Below, in pieces: positions 1 to 9,658 of a stretch of 64,000 bases of DNA. The notes below the pieces were generated by a model, which had not been told where the DNA came from, ran no database searches, and was given only the letters and a program-made list of their open reading frames with translations. Position 1 is the stretch's first letter. Each line of letters begins with the position of its first letter. Both the position numbers and the translations under genes were made by a program. The DNA comes from an uncultured delta proteobacterium (GTDB taxonomy: Bacteria; Desulfobacterota; Binatia; Binatales; Binataceae): NCBI GenBank assembly GCA_963808235.1, contig CAWEEQ010000004.1, positions 2,048,001-2,112,000 on the forward strand, read 5' to 3'.

Positions 1-931
1 CGATTCGGCCCCGCCGATCGACGAGTATTATGCCGGCCTCTGCGCCGGTTGCGTCGATCATCTCAGCGATCGCCTCTCGTGCGATTGCGTCGGGTGCGCC
101 GTCGGCAAGCGCGATTACCGCCTCACGGCATAGCGCAGTCAGGATTATCGCCTCGCCCTGCCCGGTCGCCGATGCGCCTCCGAGTGCATGCGCGAACGTG
201 CCGGCGCCGATAATCGCCGAATCGCCTACCCGCCCGAAGAGTTTGCCCGGCACGCCGCCGGTCGAAGTTGCGGCGGCGATCGCGGTGCGCGAATCAATCG
301 CGACGGCGCCCACGGTGCCATGTCCAATCGCGGCGCGAGCGGCAGCCTCGGCGTCGGACACCGCGCGTTGCTGTCGTCGCGCGCGCCATCGCTCGCGCGC
401 GCGCTCCGAAATCATTTCCTCGGGACGGACCAGACGGATACCTACCTTGCGCGCAAAACTTTCCGCCCCGGCACCCGCCATCATTATATGTGGCGAATGT
501 TCCATGATGGCGCGCGCGAGCGCGACCGGATTGCGAACGCGGCTGACTGCCGCGACCGCGCCCGCCGTCACCGTATATTCGGTTTCATGATCCGCATGAT
601 TCGGATGGCGCAGGCGTTTCGGTCGTCGCTCATCTTGATTCGCGATCGCACTGGTTGCCGGCTCCGCCGCCATCACCGACGCGTCCATCTCGACGTGGCC
701 CTCCGAGTTGAGCAGTGAACCGTAGCCGGCATTGAAGAGCGGATGATCTTCGAGCGCCGCCACCGTCGCCACGACCGCATCCAGAGCGGTGCCGCCGTGG
801 CGCAGGATCTGCGCGCCGGCGCGCATCGCCGCGAGCATCGCGCGGCGGCGCTCGGCGCGCTCGGTAACGGGACCGGCTACTCCCGCTCCGCCATGAGCAA
901 CGAGCGCGGGGATGATTCGGCTGCGAGCCAT
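1..931 (-). CDS. iaaA: Isoaspartyl peptidase/L-asparaginase (Ntn-hydrolase, asparaginase_2 family); 3' end runs off the window
   Basis: Absent from the ORF track because there is no stop in the window. Manual translation from ATG 931 gives MARSRIIPALVAHGGAG...LEDHPLFNAGYGS...EMDASVM...HGTVGAVA...AATSTGG...GRVGDS...GAG...SATGQGE, which are the plant-type asparaginase motifs including the GTVG autoproteolytic Thr. Confidence 0.9.
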   Translation of the reverse strand, partial: MARSRIIPALVAHGGAGVAGPVTERAERRRAMLAAMRAGAQILRHGGTALDAVVATVAALEDHPLFNAGYGSLLNSEGHVEMDASVMAAEPATSAIANQDERRPKRLRHPNHADHETEYTVTAGAVAAVSRVRNPVALARAIMEHSPHIMMAGAGAESFARKVGIRLVRPEEMISERARERWRARRQQRAVSDAEAAARAAIGHGTVGAVAIDSRTAIAAATSTGGVPGKLFGRVGDSAIIGAGTFAHALGGASATGQGEAIILTALCREAVIALADGAPDAIAREAIAEMIDATGAEAGIILVDRRGRI

Positions 932-932
932 T

Positions 933-1730
933 TCAATGGCCGGGGCGGGTGGCCCAGATGAACAGGCGCTTGAAGTCGAAGGTCATTGGGCCCGTCGTGC
1001 CGTACGCCGAATTGAGGCGCTCGGTCAGCCCAGCCAGAAATTCGTCGTGGCGATCATTCGGCAGCGCGTCAATGAACGGCCGAAGCCCGGTCGAGCGGTA
1101 CCATTGAACGACGTCGGCCGGATGATCCATCGGATGATGAAACGTCAGGTAATAGCAGTCGATGCGGTGGTAGCCGAGCTCGGCGAGCATCGCGGCGTAA
1201 AATTCCGGCGGATCTTCGCGAAACGCGCGCTCGCGCCCGGAGAGCATCGCGCGCCACGGGTCTTCGCGGACGAGCTTTCCGAGTTCGACCTTGGCGGTCT
1301 CGGTTTCGTTGGCGGGCATCTGCACCACGATTCTTCCGCCCGGCTTGAGCGCGGCGAAACACGACACGAACAGCGCGCGCCGATCAGGAATCCACTGAAA
1401 GGTGGCGTTGGAAAATATCAGAGAGAAAACGCGCTCCGCGTGGAACTTCGGGACGTCGAGCAGCTCGAATGAGACCCGGCGCTGCAAGTCTTCCGATTCC
1501 TTATCGACCAGCTTGCGCGCCGCCTCGATCATCGCGGGCGACCCGTCGATTCCGAGCGCGGTACCGTCCGCGGAGCGCCGGGCGAGATCGAGCGTGTTCT
1601 CGCCGGAGCCACATCCGAGGTCAACTATCGTTTCATCGCCAGTAAGCTGAAGCCGCGACAGGATATGCTCAACGGGCTCGGCGCGGTAACGACGGAAACG
1701 GTTGTAGAGTTCGGGATCCCAATCGGCCAT
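933..1730 (-). CDS. tam: Trans-aconitate 2-methyltransferase-like class I SAM methyltransferase
   Basis: Start moved to ATG 1730 (MADWDPELY, resembling the Tam N-terminus). Contains VDLGCGSG, FSNATFQWIPD, VQMP and STGLRPF, and ends in FKRLFI. Confidence 0.8.
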   Translation of the reverse strand: MADWDPELYNRFRRYRAEPVEHILSRLQLTGDETIVDLGCGSGENTLDLARRSADGTALGIDGSPAMIEAARKLVDKESEDLQRRVSFELLDVPKFHAERVFSLIFSNATFQWIPDRRALFVSCFAALKPGGRIVVQMPANETETAKVELGKLVREDPWRAMLSGRERAFREDPPEFYAAMLAELGYHRIDCYYLTFHHPMDHPADVVQWYRSTGLRPFIDALPNDRHDEFLAGLTERLNSAYGTTGPMTFDFKRLFIWATRPGH

Positions 1731-1875
1731 CTTGCGTCGCGCCTCTGTGGGGCAGCATAGGGAGCGTGGGAATCGGTCACAAGCGGAGTTGTGGGTGCGC
1801 CGGGTGTAGGAATGCCAGGCGCAAAGATTGGCGCGCACTTGCGGGGGGGCGTGCGATCAGACAAAAGCATAACCG

Positions 1876-2892
1876 ATGAGCGCGAACGATCCTGCCGCAG
1901 GTGCCGGGGTGGCGAGCAAGCGCAGGCCGCGGCGTATCTTTGCGGTCGGCGCGTTGTTTCTTCTGGTCCCGGCGATGATCTGGGTTGTCGCCGCATACTT
2001 CGTCGCGCGTTCACTCAAGTACCCGGACTTTCTCTATCACGGCAACCGCCGGGACATTTTCGGCGCGCATGTTCCAGCGTTCAAACGCGGCTCGGTCACC
2101 GACATTGCCGCTGCGATCCACGTCGAGCCGGAGAGATTCGATGCCGGCACGGTCGAGGATGACGCGGGGCGTCATCGCCAGGTCAGCGTTGTCGGATGGT
2201 ATTTTCCGGGCACGCGGCACGAGGTGGTGGTGATCGTGCCCGCGGACGGGGCCACCGAAGATGACCTGATCCCATACATAAAATTTCTTCATGACGCCGG
2301 GTATACGGTGGTCGCGAACTACAGTTCGAACAATCCAGAATTCGGAGTCAGCTGGGGGATGCTGAAACGCAAGTTCGCGCTTGCGACGGCGCGCGCGCTG
2401 AAGGAACTCGGCTTCGACAAAATAGCGGTGCTGGGAATTTCGGAGGGCGCCGCCGGAGCGATTATGGCCCAGGCCGAGCAGCCGGTCTTCACGGCGGTCG
2501 TCGCCGATAGCTCGTACGCGAATCTCGAGCAGTTGATCTTGCGCAGTCCCTCTATTTCGAGATTGAACCCCGCGTTCGCGAGCACCGTAATCTGGGAAGC
2601 GCAGTGGCTGTTCGGCCGGCCTTTGAGGAAAATCTCGCCGCTCGACGCGGCTTCGAATCTTGGCAACTGCCCGCTGCTGGTCATCCAGGATCGCGACGAC
2701 AAGATAACACCGCTCGCCGATGGCAAGGCGATTCTTTACGCCGCGGGCATGAATTCGCAAATCTGGATCGTGCCGAGCGAAGGTCACGGCGACGCTATCT
2801 TCGAGGCGCCTGCGGATTATGCGGCGCGGGTGATCAAGTTCCTGGACGCGAGTTTTGGAATTGAAAGGGCGTCTGCTCCGCCGAGAAGGTAG
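1876..2892 (+). CDS. Membrane-anchored alpha/beta hydrolase
   Basis: N-terminal hydrophobic helix, GISEG nucleophile elbow, VVADSSY, candidate catalytic Asp (DDKIT) and His (GHGD). Confidence 0.75.
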   Translation: MSANDPAAGAGVASKRRPRRIFAVGALFLLVPAMIWVVAAYFVARSLKYPDFLYHGNRRDIFGAHVPAFKRGSVTDIAAAIHVEPERFDAGTVEDDAGRHRQVSVVGWYFPGTRHEVVVIVPADGATEDDLIPYIKFLHDAGYTVVANYSSNNPEFGVSWGMLKRKFALATARALKELGFDKIAVLGISEGAAGAIMAQAEQPVFTAVVADSSYANLEQLILRSPSISRLNPAFASTVIWEAQWLFGRPLRKISPLDAASNLGNCPLLVIQDRDDKITPLADGKAILYAAGMNSQIWIVPSEGHGDAIFEAPADYAARVIKFLDASFGIERASAPPRR

Positions 2893-3011
2893 AGTTTGCT
2901 CGAGAGCCGGATGCGCGCGCCCTCACCCGCGCGCGACCAGTGTGTCGCGCACGTCCTCTCCCGTTTTGCGGATGGCGACTCGAGTCGCCAGCCGCGGGAG
3001 AGGTGAATGCG

Positions 3012-3905
3012 TTACATTCTTGGCGTGCCCAGATCTACGAGCAGCGTGGATTTCAGGCGCTCGAACAACTCGTCGACGTCCCACGGGCCGTTGTTGTAGA
3101 GGATCTTGTCGGGCGCGATATGCCGGTAGCGCATGATCCGGTAGCCCGACGCACCGAAGCATTGGCCAGTCACCTTCTCGGCCGCGTCGCTGGCGAGGAA
3201 CACCACGATCGGCGCGACGTTGGCCGGATCGCGCGGAGTACCCTCGACCTGGTCTGATTGCGGAATCCCAGTGGCGCCGGGCATCCTGCCCGCCGGAATC
3301 GTATCAGTCATTCGCGTTGACGCGCCCGGCATGATTGCGTTCACCGTGATTCCGTATTTTTGCAAAGAGTTCGCGCTCGAATAGGTGAGACCCAGGATTC
3401 CCGCCTTGGCCGCCGCGTAGTTGGGCTGGCCGGGACTGCCGAGCGCCGAGTTCGACGAGAAGTTTATGATGCGGCCGTACTTGCGCTCGCGCATGTGCGC
3501 GGACGCGGGACGCATCGTGCAGTAATGCCCTTTCAGGTGCACCCGGATCACGTCGTCCCATTCCTGCTCGGTCATGTTGAAGATCATGCGATCGCGCAGG
3601 ATGCCGGCGACGTTGACCAGGATGTCGAGTTTGCCGAACTCCTTGATCGCCTGGTTGACGAGACCCTCTCCGCCTTCGACGGTTCCGATATCCATATGAT
3701 TGGAGACCGCGTTTCCGCCCTTGGCTTTGATTTCTTTGGCGACGTCATCGGCGGGCGACTGTGTTTCTTTCTGGCCCGCGACCGTAACTCCGAGGTCGTT
3801 GATCACGACTGCGCATCCTTGTGCGGCGAATGCCCTCGCGATGCCGCGGCCGATACCGCGGCCGCCGCCGGTGATTGCGGCTACCTTACCGTCGAGCTTG
3901 CCCAT
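3012..3905 (-). CDS. SDR family NAD(P)-dependent oxidoreductase
   Basis: TGGGRGIG, VINDLG, NVAGILRD, NYAAAK (YxxxK); GGAG RBS upstream. Confidence 0.92.
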   Translation of the reverse strand: MGKLDGKVAAITGGGRGIGRGIARAFAAQGCAVVINDLGVTVAGQKETQSPADDVAKEIKAKGGNAVSNHMDIGTVEGGEGLVNQAIKEFGKLDILVNVAGILRDRMIFNMTEQEWDDVIRVHLKGHYCTMRPASAHMRERKYGRIINFSSNSALGSPGQPNYAAAKAGILGLTYSSANSLQKYGITVNAIMPGASTRMTDTIPAGRMPGATGIPQSDQVEGTPRDPANVAPIVVFLASDAAEKVTGQCFGASGYRIMRYRHIAPDKILYNNGPWDVDELFERLKSTLLVDLGTPRM

Positions 3906-4057
3906 CGCTTAAAATCTCCCTTGCGGCGAAATGCGGAAATCCAAACGCTGCGAATTGTTTCGGTTCCCGCTGCCTCGTGTTTTGCTTCCTATATAGATAG
4001 ACCGCTTATAGCGCAAAACTCGGCGAACGGAACAGCCGCGCCGTGGTTTACGGACTG

Positions 4058-5119
4058 CTACCTGGGCAGCTTGTAAGGATCGGAAAAAACGAATTCCTCG
4101 ATCACGCCGGCGGTGGTCAGCTTGCCGATTTTTCCATTCGGCTCGGTGAACCACAGCGTCCCGTCGGGACCGCCGGTGATAAATGTCGCCATCGTTTTAT
4201 CCGAGGTGTGGAACTCCGTGAATTGTCCGGCCGGAGTGATCCTGTAGATCCGATGCGCGCTCACCATCGTGACCCAGAGGTTTTTATCCGAGCCGGTCGC
4301 GATCCCAAGCGGCACGCCGCTGGTCGGCATCGAGAATTCCGTTATCGCTCCGTCGGGAGTGATTCGCCCGATCTGGTCCACCTGCGGCTGAGTAAACCAG
4401 ATATTGCCGTCCGCGCCGAGCGTCATCATCGCGGGATGGCTGTCGGGCGTGGGTATTTGAAATTCCTTCACCGAACCGGCGGGCGTTACGCGCGCGATCC
4501 GATTTACATGATCCTCGGCAAACCACAGGTTGCCATCGCTGCCAGTGACGATTTCAGCCGCGCCGGTGTTCTTGGGTAAAGTGATTTCGGTGAGCGTGCC
4601 TGTCGGGCGGAGCCGTCCGATGCGATCTCCCGAATGCTCTGTAAACCACAGGTTCCCGTCGGGCCCCGAAGTGATTCCGACCGGGCCGCTGTCCGAATGC
4701 GGCAGCTTTAGGTAGGCGATTTTTCCATCCGGAGCGACTCGTCCGATCCGGTTTCCGGGCGTATCGGTAAACCATACCGCGCCATCGGGACCCGCCGTGA
4801 TTCGTTCGGCAAACCCGTCCGGATTGATCGGTATTCGCCTGGTCGCGCCGTAGGGAGTGATGCGGCCGATCGCGTCGCCCTGGTACTCCGTGAACCAGAG
4901 ATTTCCGTCGAGTCCAGCCGTGATTGCGTACGGAGCGTGCGTGCTGATCGGCGCTCCAGTCGCGGTAGGCTGCGCGGCCGGAACCGCCGCGGCGACCGGC
5001 GCCGCACTGACCGGACGCACCGTGGGCTTTTGCGACCCGCACCCGGACGTCATCGCGATCGCGAGACCCGCGAGCGCGCATGCGACACCGCGCAGAACGC
5101 GCGAGCCTCGCGCTTGCAT
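4058..5119 (-). CDS. Virginiamycin B lyase (Vgb)-like beta-propeller lipoprotein
   Basis: About 7 repeats of IT.GPDGNLWFTE....IGRITP.G and a lipobox-like MTSGC. Start is ATG 5119 or GTG 5137. Confidence 0.8.
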   Translation of the reverse strand: MQARGSRVLRGVACALAGLAIAMTSGCGSQKPTVRPVSAAPVAAAVPAAQPTATGAPISTHAPYAITAGLDGNLWFTEYQGDAIGRITPYGATRRIPINPDGFAERITAGPDGAVWFTDTPGNRIGRVAPDGKIAYLKLPHSDSGPVGITSGPDGNLWFTEHSGDRIGRLRPTGTLTEITLPKNTGAAEIVTGSDGNLWFAEDHVNRIARVTPAGSVKEFQIPTPDSHPAMMTLGADGNIWFTQPQVDQIGRITPDGAITEFSMPTSGVPLGIATGSDKNLWVTMVSAHRIYRITPAGQFTEFHTSDKTMATFITGGPDGTLWFTEPNGKIGKLTTAGVIEEFVFSDPYKLPR

Positions 5120-5129
5120 CGGCGAAATC

Positions 5130-5187
5130 GATCTCACTTTACGATTCTGGATCTCACTTTACGATTTGGATCTCATCTCACGATTTG
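5130..5187. repeat. Three imperfect tandem 19-20 bp copies of the CoA-transferase 3' end
   Basis: GATCTCACTTTACGATTCTG / GATCTCACTTTACGATTTG / GATCTCATCTCACGATTTG. Confidence 0.85.
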
Positions 5188-6330
5188 ATCGTGGCGCAGC
5201 TCCGCGACTTCCCCGGCGCTGAAACCGAACTCGCCCAGGATCTCGTCGGTGTGCTGGCCCAAGTCGGGAGCATGGCGCCACAGCTCGGGTTCCGTGCGCG
5301 AGAATCGCGCCGGCGATCGCACTGCTCGAACCCGGCCAGCCTTCGGATGTTCATATTCGAAGAACGTTTCGTTGGCGACGAACTGCGGATCGTTCCAAAT
5401 AGTGTCGTAGTCGTTGACGGGGCCGCATGGAACGTCGGCAGCCTCGATCCGCTCGAGCCAGTAGGCCGACACCTCAGTCGGGAAGAGCGTGATGAGACTC
5501 TTGATCGATCGCTTCACTCGCTCCGGACGCGGCTCGTCGCCTTCGAACCATTCCGGATGGCCGACCGCCTTCAGAATCGCCGCCCAATGTTTGTCGGTCA
5601 GCGGCGCAATCGTGATGTATCCGTCGGCGGTCTGGAATGGCTCGAGGGTGTTCATCGAGGGCGGCACGCCACGCGTGTCGGGCAGATAGGTGTGGCGCGA
5701 AGCAGTGTCGGGCATCAGGTAGTATGCGACCGCGTCGATCATCGCGATCTTCAGATGCTGCCCCTTGCCGCTTCGAGTCGCCTCGTTGAGGGCGGCGAGG
5801 ATCGAGATCGCCGCCGTCATCGCGGTGACTTTGTCGCCGAGAATATTTTTCACCGCGCGCGGGCGGCCTTGCGTCCGCTGCGAAGTCATCACGCCGGCCA
5901 TCCCCTGGATAATCGGATCGTACGCGGGTTTATTTACCGACGGACCCGAAAAACCGTAGCCGGAGATCGAGCAATAGACGATCCTGGGATTGCGCGCGGC
6001 GACCGCCTCGTAGCCGACGCCAAGCCGATCGACCACGCCCGGCCGCACGTTTTGGACGACGATATCCGCGTGCGGCGCCATCTTGAGAAATACCTCGGCG
6101 CCGCCCGGGCGCTTGAGATCCAGCATCAACGCGCGCTTGTTGCGGTTCCAGTTGAGAATTCCGACCGGCACGCCGCCACGCACATGACCCGCAACTACGC
6201 GCGACACGTCGCCCTCCGGCGGTTCAATCTTGATTACGTCGGCGCCCAAATCGCCAAGCATCATGGTGCAGAACGGTCCGGACACCACCATGCTCAAATC
6301 GAGCACGCGGACTCCTTCGAGTGGTCCCAT
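5173..6330 (-). CDS. CaiB/BaiF family III CoA-transferase
   Basis: GPLEGVRVLDLS, GPFC...LGDLGADVIKIEPPEGD, NRNKR, AYD, C-terminal APDLGQHTDEIL. Confidence 0.93.
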   Translation of the reverse strand: MGPLEGVRVLDLSMVVSGPFCTMMLGDLGADVIKIEPPEGDVSRVVAGHVRGGVPVGILNWNRNKRALMLDLKRPGGAEVFLKMAPHADIVVQNVRPGVVDRLGVGYEAVAARNPRIVYCSISGYGFSGPSVNKPAYDPIIQGMAGVMTSQRTQGRPRAVKNILGDKVTAMTAAISILAALNEATRSGKGQHLKIAMIDAVAYYLMPDTASRHTYLPDTRGVPPSMNTLEPFQTADGYITIAPLTDKHWAAILKAVGHPEWFEGDEPRPERVKRSIKSLITLFPTEVSAYWLERIEAADVPCGPVNDYDTIWNDPQFVANETFFEYEHPKAGRVRAVRSPARFSRTEPELWRHAPDLGQHTDEILGEFGFSAGEVAELRHDQIVR

Positions 6331-6451
6331 CTAAGCCTCCAGAAAAAACTGCCGCGCAGGCGCAGAGTCTTGCTTATAGTTCAAGCGGGCTGCCGCTCAC
6401 AACTTGGCCGCGATGGACGCGGACCAGATAGAAATGATTGCGCGGCACCGG

Positions 6452-6742
6452 TTAGTTTGGTTTGAGGCGGGGATCGTTGTCCTCGACGCACACCGCGGCG
6501 CATCGAGGACAGGTCAGATCGAGATTTTCTCCCCGGTGAGAATCTTCGGCATGAGCGGCCTGCCCCGCCTCGTGAGCACGGTCCTTCGCGGTCTCACATC
6601 CCTGACTATGCGGCCATCTGCTTGCGATCGTCCATTCGCTGAGCGGCGCATCGCGATTTACACGCCCGGTGCCGGGTATGGTCGGCGGCATCATCAGAAA
6701 CCAGGTGACCAGACCGAGAGCGGCGATGTGGCTGAGATTCAT
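6452..6742 (-). CDS. Small secreted Cys-containing hypothetical protein (96 aa)
   Basis: ATG 6742 preceded by GGAGGG; signal-like N-terminus; WFLMMPP...APLSEW...C...CVEDNDPRLK. The longer ORF-track version overlaps the divergent ABC gene and is unlikely. Confidence 0.65.
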   Translation of the reverse strand: MNLSHIAALGLVTWFLMMPPTIPGTGRVNRDAPLSEWTIASRWPHSQGCETAKDRAHEAGQAAHAEDSHRGENLDLTCPRCAAVCVEDNDPRLKPN

Positions 6743-6868
6743 CGATCGGACCCTCCGCGCGCAATTAAATTGAAGCGTCGCGCTCAGCGCAATTGACTGA
6801 CGCACGGCACTCGGATAAGTTTTCCGGTTTCCCCGAACTGTACCCCGATCGCGTAAGGGTCTCGTCCT

Positions 6869-7861
6869 ATGCCGCAGATTCTCGTTCAAGATCTGGCCAA
6901 GACGTATCGCGTTTCCGAACGCGCGCCCGGCGCCTGGGGCAGTATCAAGGGCCTGTTCAAGCGCCGCTATCGCACGGTCGAGGCGCTCAAGGGGATCAGC
7001 TTCTCGCTCGAGCGCGGCGAGCTGCTCGGTTTCATCGGGCCGAACGGGGCGGGAAAATCCACCACCATCAAGATTCTCTCGGGCATCCTGGAACCACTGT
7101 CAGGCCGATGCGAAGTGGACGGGCTCACCCCGTGGCGCGATCGAATCCGGCACGTGGCGCGGATCGGCGTGGTCTTTGGCCAGCGCACGCAGCTCTGGTG
7201 GGATTTGCCGGTCGTCGATGGATTCGACCTCCTGCGCGACATCTACAGCGTCCCGGAAGCGCGATACCGGCGGACCAGGAACGAGATGGTTGACCTGATG
7301 CGCCTCGAGCGGCTGCTCGATCAGCCGGTCCGGCAACTCTCGCTCGGCCAGCGAATGCGATGCGAGATCGCGGCCGCGATGCTTCATTCTCCGTCGATTC
7401 TCTTTCTCGACGAACCGACCATCGGTCTCGACGCGCCGTCCAAGCTCGCGGTGCGCGAGTTCGTGAAGACGCTCAATCGCGAGCGCGGCGTCACGGTCAT
7501 CCTGACTACACACGACATGCATGACATCGAGGCGCTCGCCGAGCGAGTCATCGTGATCGGCAACGGCGTTATCCTGGCCGACAAGGCATTCGAGTTGTTG
7601 CGCGCGGAGGTTCTCAGCGAGCGCCGGCTGTTTGTGGATTTCGTCGGCGAGGCACCCGCGCTCGAAATCCCCGGCGTGGTGATCCTGCGCGCCGATGCGA
7701 ATTCCCTGGAACTGTCATTCGAGCCCGGCGCGGTGACGGTTCCCGAGCTGATCGAGAGAATCACAGCAGAGCACGAGCTGGTGGACATCAGAGTCGAGCA
7801 GCCGCGAATCGAGGAAGTGATCGCGCGTTTCTACAATCTCCACGGCGCGACCGAGGGATGA
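6869..7861 (+). CDS. ABC-2 type exporter ATP-binding protein
   Basis: Walker A GPNGAGKST, VVFGQRTQLWWDLP, signature LSLGQRMR, Walker B LFLDEPT, H-loop TTHD. Confidence 0.93.
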   Translation: MPQILVQDLAKTYRVSERAPGAWGSIKGLFKRRYRTVEALKGISFSLERGELLGFIGPNGAGKSTTIKILSGILEPLSGRCEVDGLTPWRDRIRHVARIGVVFGQRTQLWWDLPVVDGFDLLRDIYSVPEARYRRTRNEMVDLMRLERLLDQPVRQLSLGQRMRCEIAAAMLHSPSILFLDEPTIGLDAPSKLAVREFVKTLNRERGVTVILTTHDMHDIEALAERVIVIGNGVILADKAFELLRAEVLSERRLFVDFVGEAPALEIPGVVILRADANSLELSFEPGAVTVPELIERITAEHELVDIRVEQPRIEEVIARFYNLHGATEG

Positions 7862-8730
7862 CGATGGAGGAATCGTCGGTCATCTCTTGCCGTTTCGCGC
7901 CCTACCGGTTCGCAGTCATGCCGTATCTTTCGGTCTTCAGGATGCGGTTTCTGTTGATGCTGCAATATCGCACCGCCGCGATTGCCGGCTTCGCCACGCA
8001 ATGCTGGTGGGGACTTATCAAGGTGATGGTCTTCGCGGCTTTCTTTCGCAGCACGCTTGCGCATCAGCCATTAAACTTCACGCAAGCGGTCACTTACGTC
8101 TGGCTGGGGCAGGCGTTCCTGGTTCTGCTGCCGTGGAATGCCGATCCGGAAGTAGCCGCGATGGTGCGCACCGGCGACGTTTCGTATGATCGGCTGCGCC
8201 CGCTCGACACCTATTTCTACTGGTACGTGCGCGCGATGGGCTGGATGCTCGCGAGAGCGGTCCCACGCGCCGCGCTGATGTTCGCGATGGCTGGGTTGAT
8301 TCTTCCTCTGGTCGGGCTCGGCAGTTGGCGCTTGAGATTTCCGGCCGGCGCCGAAGCGGGACTGCTCTTCGCGCCGGCGATGCTCTCCGTGCTGTTGCTC
8401 TCGAGCGCGATGGTCATGCTGATCAATATCGCGCTGGTCGCGTCGATGAACGAGCGCGGAACGAATACTCTGATGGTGCCGCTGGTAAACATTCTCTCCG
8501 GCAGCATCGTGCCGTTGCTTTTTTTCCCCAATTGGATGCAGCGGCTGCTGTTCATCCAGCCGTTCGCAGGCCTGGTCGATATTCCGTATCGCATTTACTT
8601 CGGCAACTTGAGCGGCATCGGAGCGCTGGCGGGAATCATTCAGCAGCTCGCCTGGACCGCGATCCTTTTGCTGGTCGGAAAATACCTGATGGTACGCGTG
8701 ATGAGTCGTTTGGAAGTACAGGGCGGTTAA
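7858..8730 (+). CDS. ABC-2 family permease (ABC2_membrane_6/DUF990-like)
   Basis: Multi-TM with LQYR..., VRTGDVSYDRLRP and GSIVPL..FP; ATGA overlap with the ATPase. The true start may be ATG 7918. Confidence 0.85.
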   Translation: MTMEESSVISCRFAPYRFAVMPYLSVFRMRFLLMLQYRTAAIAGFATQCWWGLIKVMVFAAFFRSTLAHQPLNFTQAVTYVWLGQAFLVLLPWNADPEVAAMVRTGDVSYDRLRPLDTYFYWYVRAMGWMLARAVPRAALMFAMAGLILPLVGLGSWRLRFPAGAEAGLLFAPAMLSVLLLSSAMVMLINIALVASMNERGTNTLMVPLVNILSGSIVPLLFFPNWMQRLLFIQPFAGLVDIPYRIYFGNLSGIGALAGIIQQLAWTAILLLVGKYLMVRVMSRLEVQGG

Positions 8731-8733
8731 GCG

Positions 8734-9537
8734 ATGCATGGCGCGAGGCTTTACGTTCGATACTCTGCCGCGTCGATTCGAGCGCAGATGCAATATCCGG
8801 CATCATTCCTGATGCTGACGACGGGACAGTTCACAATCACCTTCGTCGAATTCATCGGCCTGTATGCTCTCTTCCGTCGCTTCGGGCAGATCGACGGATG
8901 GACGATTGGACAGGTCGCGGTTTTCTATGGCGTCGTGAGCATCAGCTTCGCGATCGCCGATTCGATCTCGCGCGGATTCGACGCCTTCGGGACCGACTTC
9001 GTCAAGAACGGCGCCTTCGATCGGATCCTGTTGCGTCCGCGCGCGGCGGCACTCCAGCTTCTTGGCCATGAGCTGCGCCTGACGCGTGGCGGCCGGCTCT
9101 TGCAGGGCCTGTTGGTGCTCGCGATCGCAACAAATCTGTCGGCAGTAGATTGGAATGCGTCTAAACTACTTCTGCTTCTCGCGGCGGTTGTGGGTGGCAC
9201 CGCACTCTTTTTGGGCATCCTGCTATTGCAAGCGACGCTCGCATTCTGGACCATCGAGAGCCTTGAGATTGCCAACACGCTGACCTATGGCGGCGTCGAG
9301 GCTGCGCAATATCCGCTCGACATCTACTCGCGATACTTCCGCGATTTTTTGATCTACATCGTGCCGTTCGGATGCGTTTCGTATTTCCCAGTCGAGCGAC
9401 TACTCGGACATCCCGATCGAATGGGCGCCCCGAACTGGATGCTGGACGTAAGCCCGATAGTCGGCTTCCTGTTCCTGGCGCTGTCGCTTGGCATCTGGCG
9501 ATTCGGCGTCCGGCACTATACCTCTACCGGCAGTTAG
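8734..9537 (+). CDS. ABC-2 family permease (ABC2_membrane_6/DUF990-like)
   Basis: QMQYPASF, GAFDRILLRP, QYPLDIY, C-terminal GVRHYTSTGS. Confidence 0.87.
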   Translation: MHGARLYVRYSAASIRAQMQYPASFLMLTTGQFTITFVEFIGLYALFRRFGQIDGWTIGQVAVFYGVVSISFAIADSISRGFDAFGTDFVKNGAFDRILLRPRAAALQLLGHELRLTRGGRLLQGLLVLAIATNLSAVDWNASKLLLLLAAVVGGTALFLGILLLQATLAFWTIESLEIANTLTYGGVEAAQYPLDIYSRYFRDFLIYIVPFGCVSYFPVERLLGHPDRMGAPNWMLDVSPIVGFLFLALSLGIWRFGVRHYTSTGS

Positions 9538-9658
9538 ATATGTTCGCTCACAGGTTCTGCGCGCTAAAGTAAAGTTCTCTCTCTTATGCCGAGGCACCGA
9601 AAAGTATCATCTTGTCGAAGAAACTTTCTGAAAAATCTTTCCGCGGCGGAGAATCCAG

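Noticed and set aside
30-718. Plus-strand ORFs 30-590 and 188-718
   Set aside because: Antisense shadows of the minus-strand isoaspartyl peptidase.
1-931. Functional link between the isoaspartyl peptidase (can cleave beta-Asp-Arg) and the predicted Asp/Glu-Arg lipopeptide
   Set aside because: The gene lies more than 10 kb outside the island in a housekeeping-type context; the coincidence is unsupported.
4058-5119. Streptogramin B resistance or self-resistance role for the Vgb-like protein
   Set aside because: Vgb-like propellers are widespread; this one is a lipoprotein outside the cluster and nothing supports lyase activity.
5080-6465. 461-aa plus-strand ORF, and similar long antisense ORFs at 34461-35648, 45593-46810, 53125-54288 and 57113-58027
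   Set aside because: They lie opposite well-supported genes; long shadow ORFs are expected in high-GC DNA and carry no recognisable motifs.
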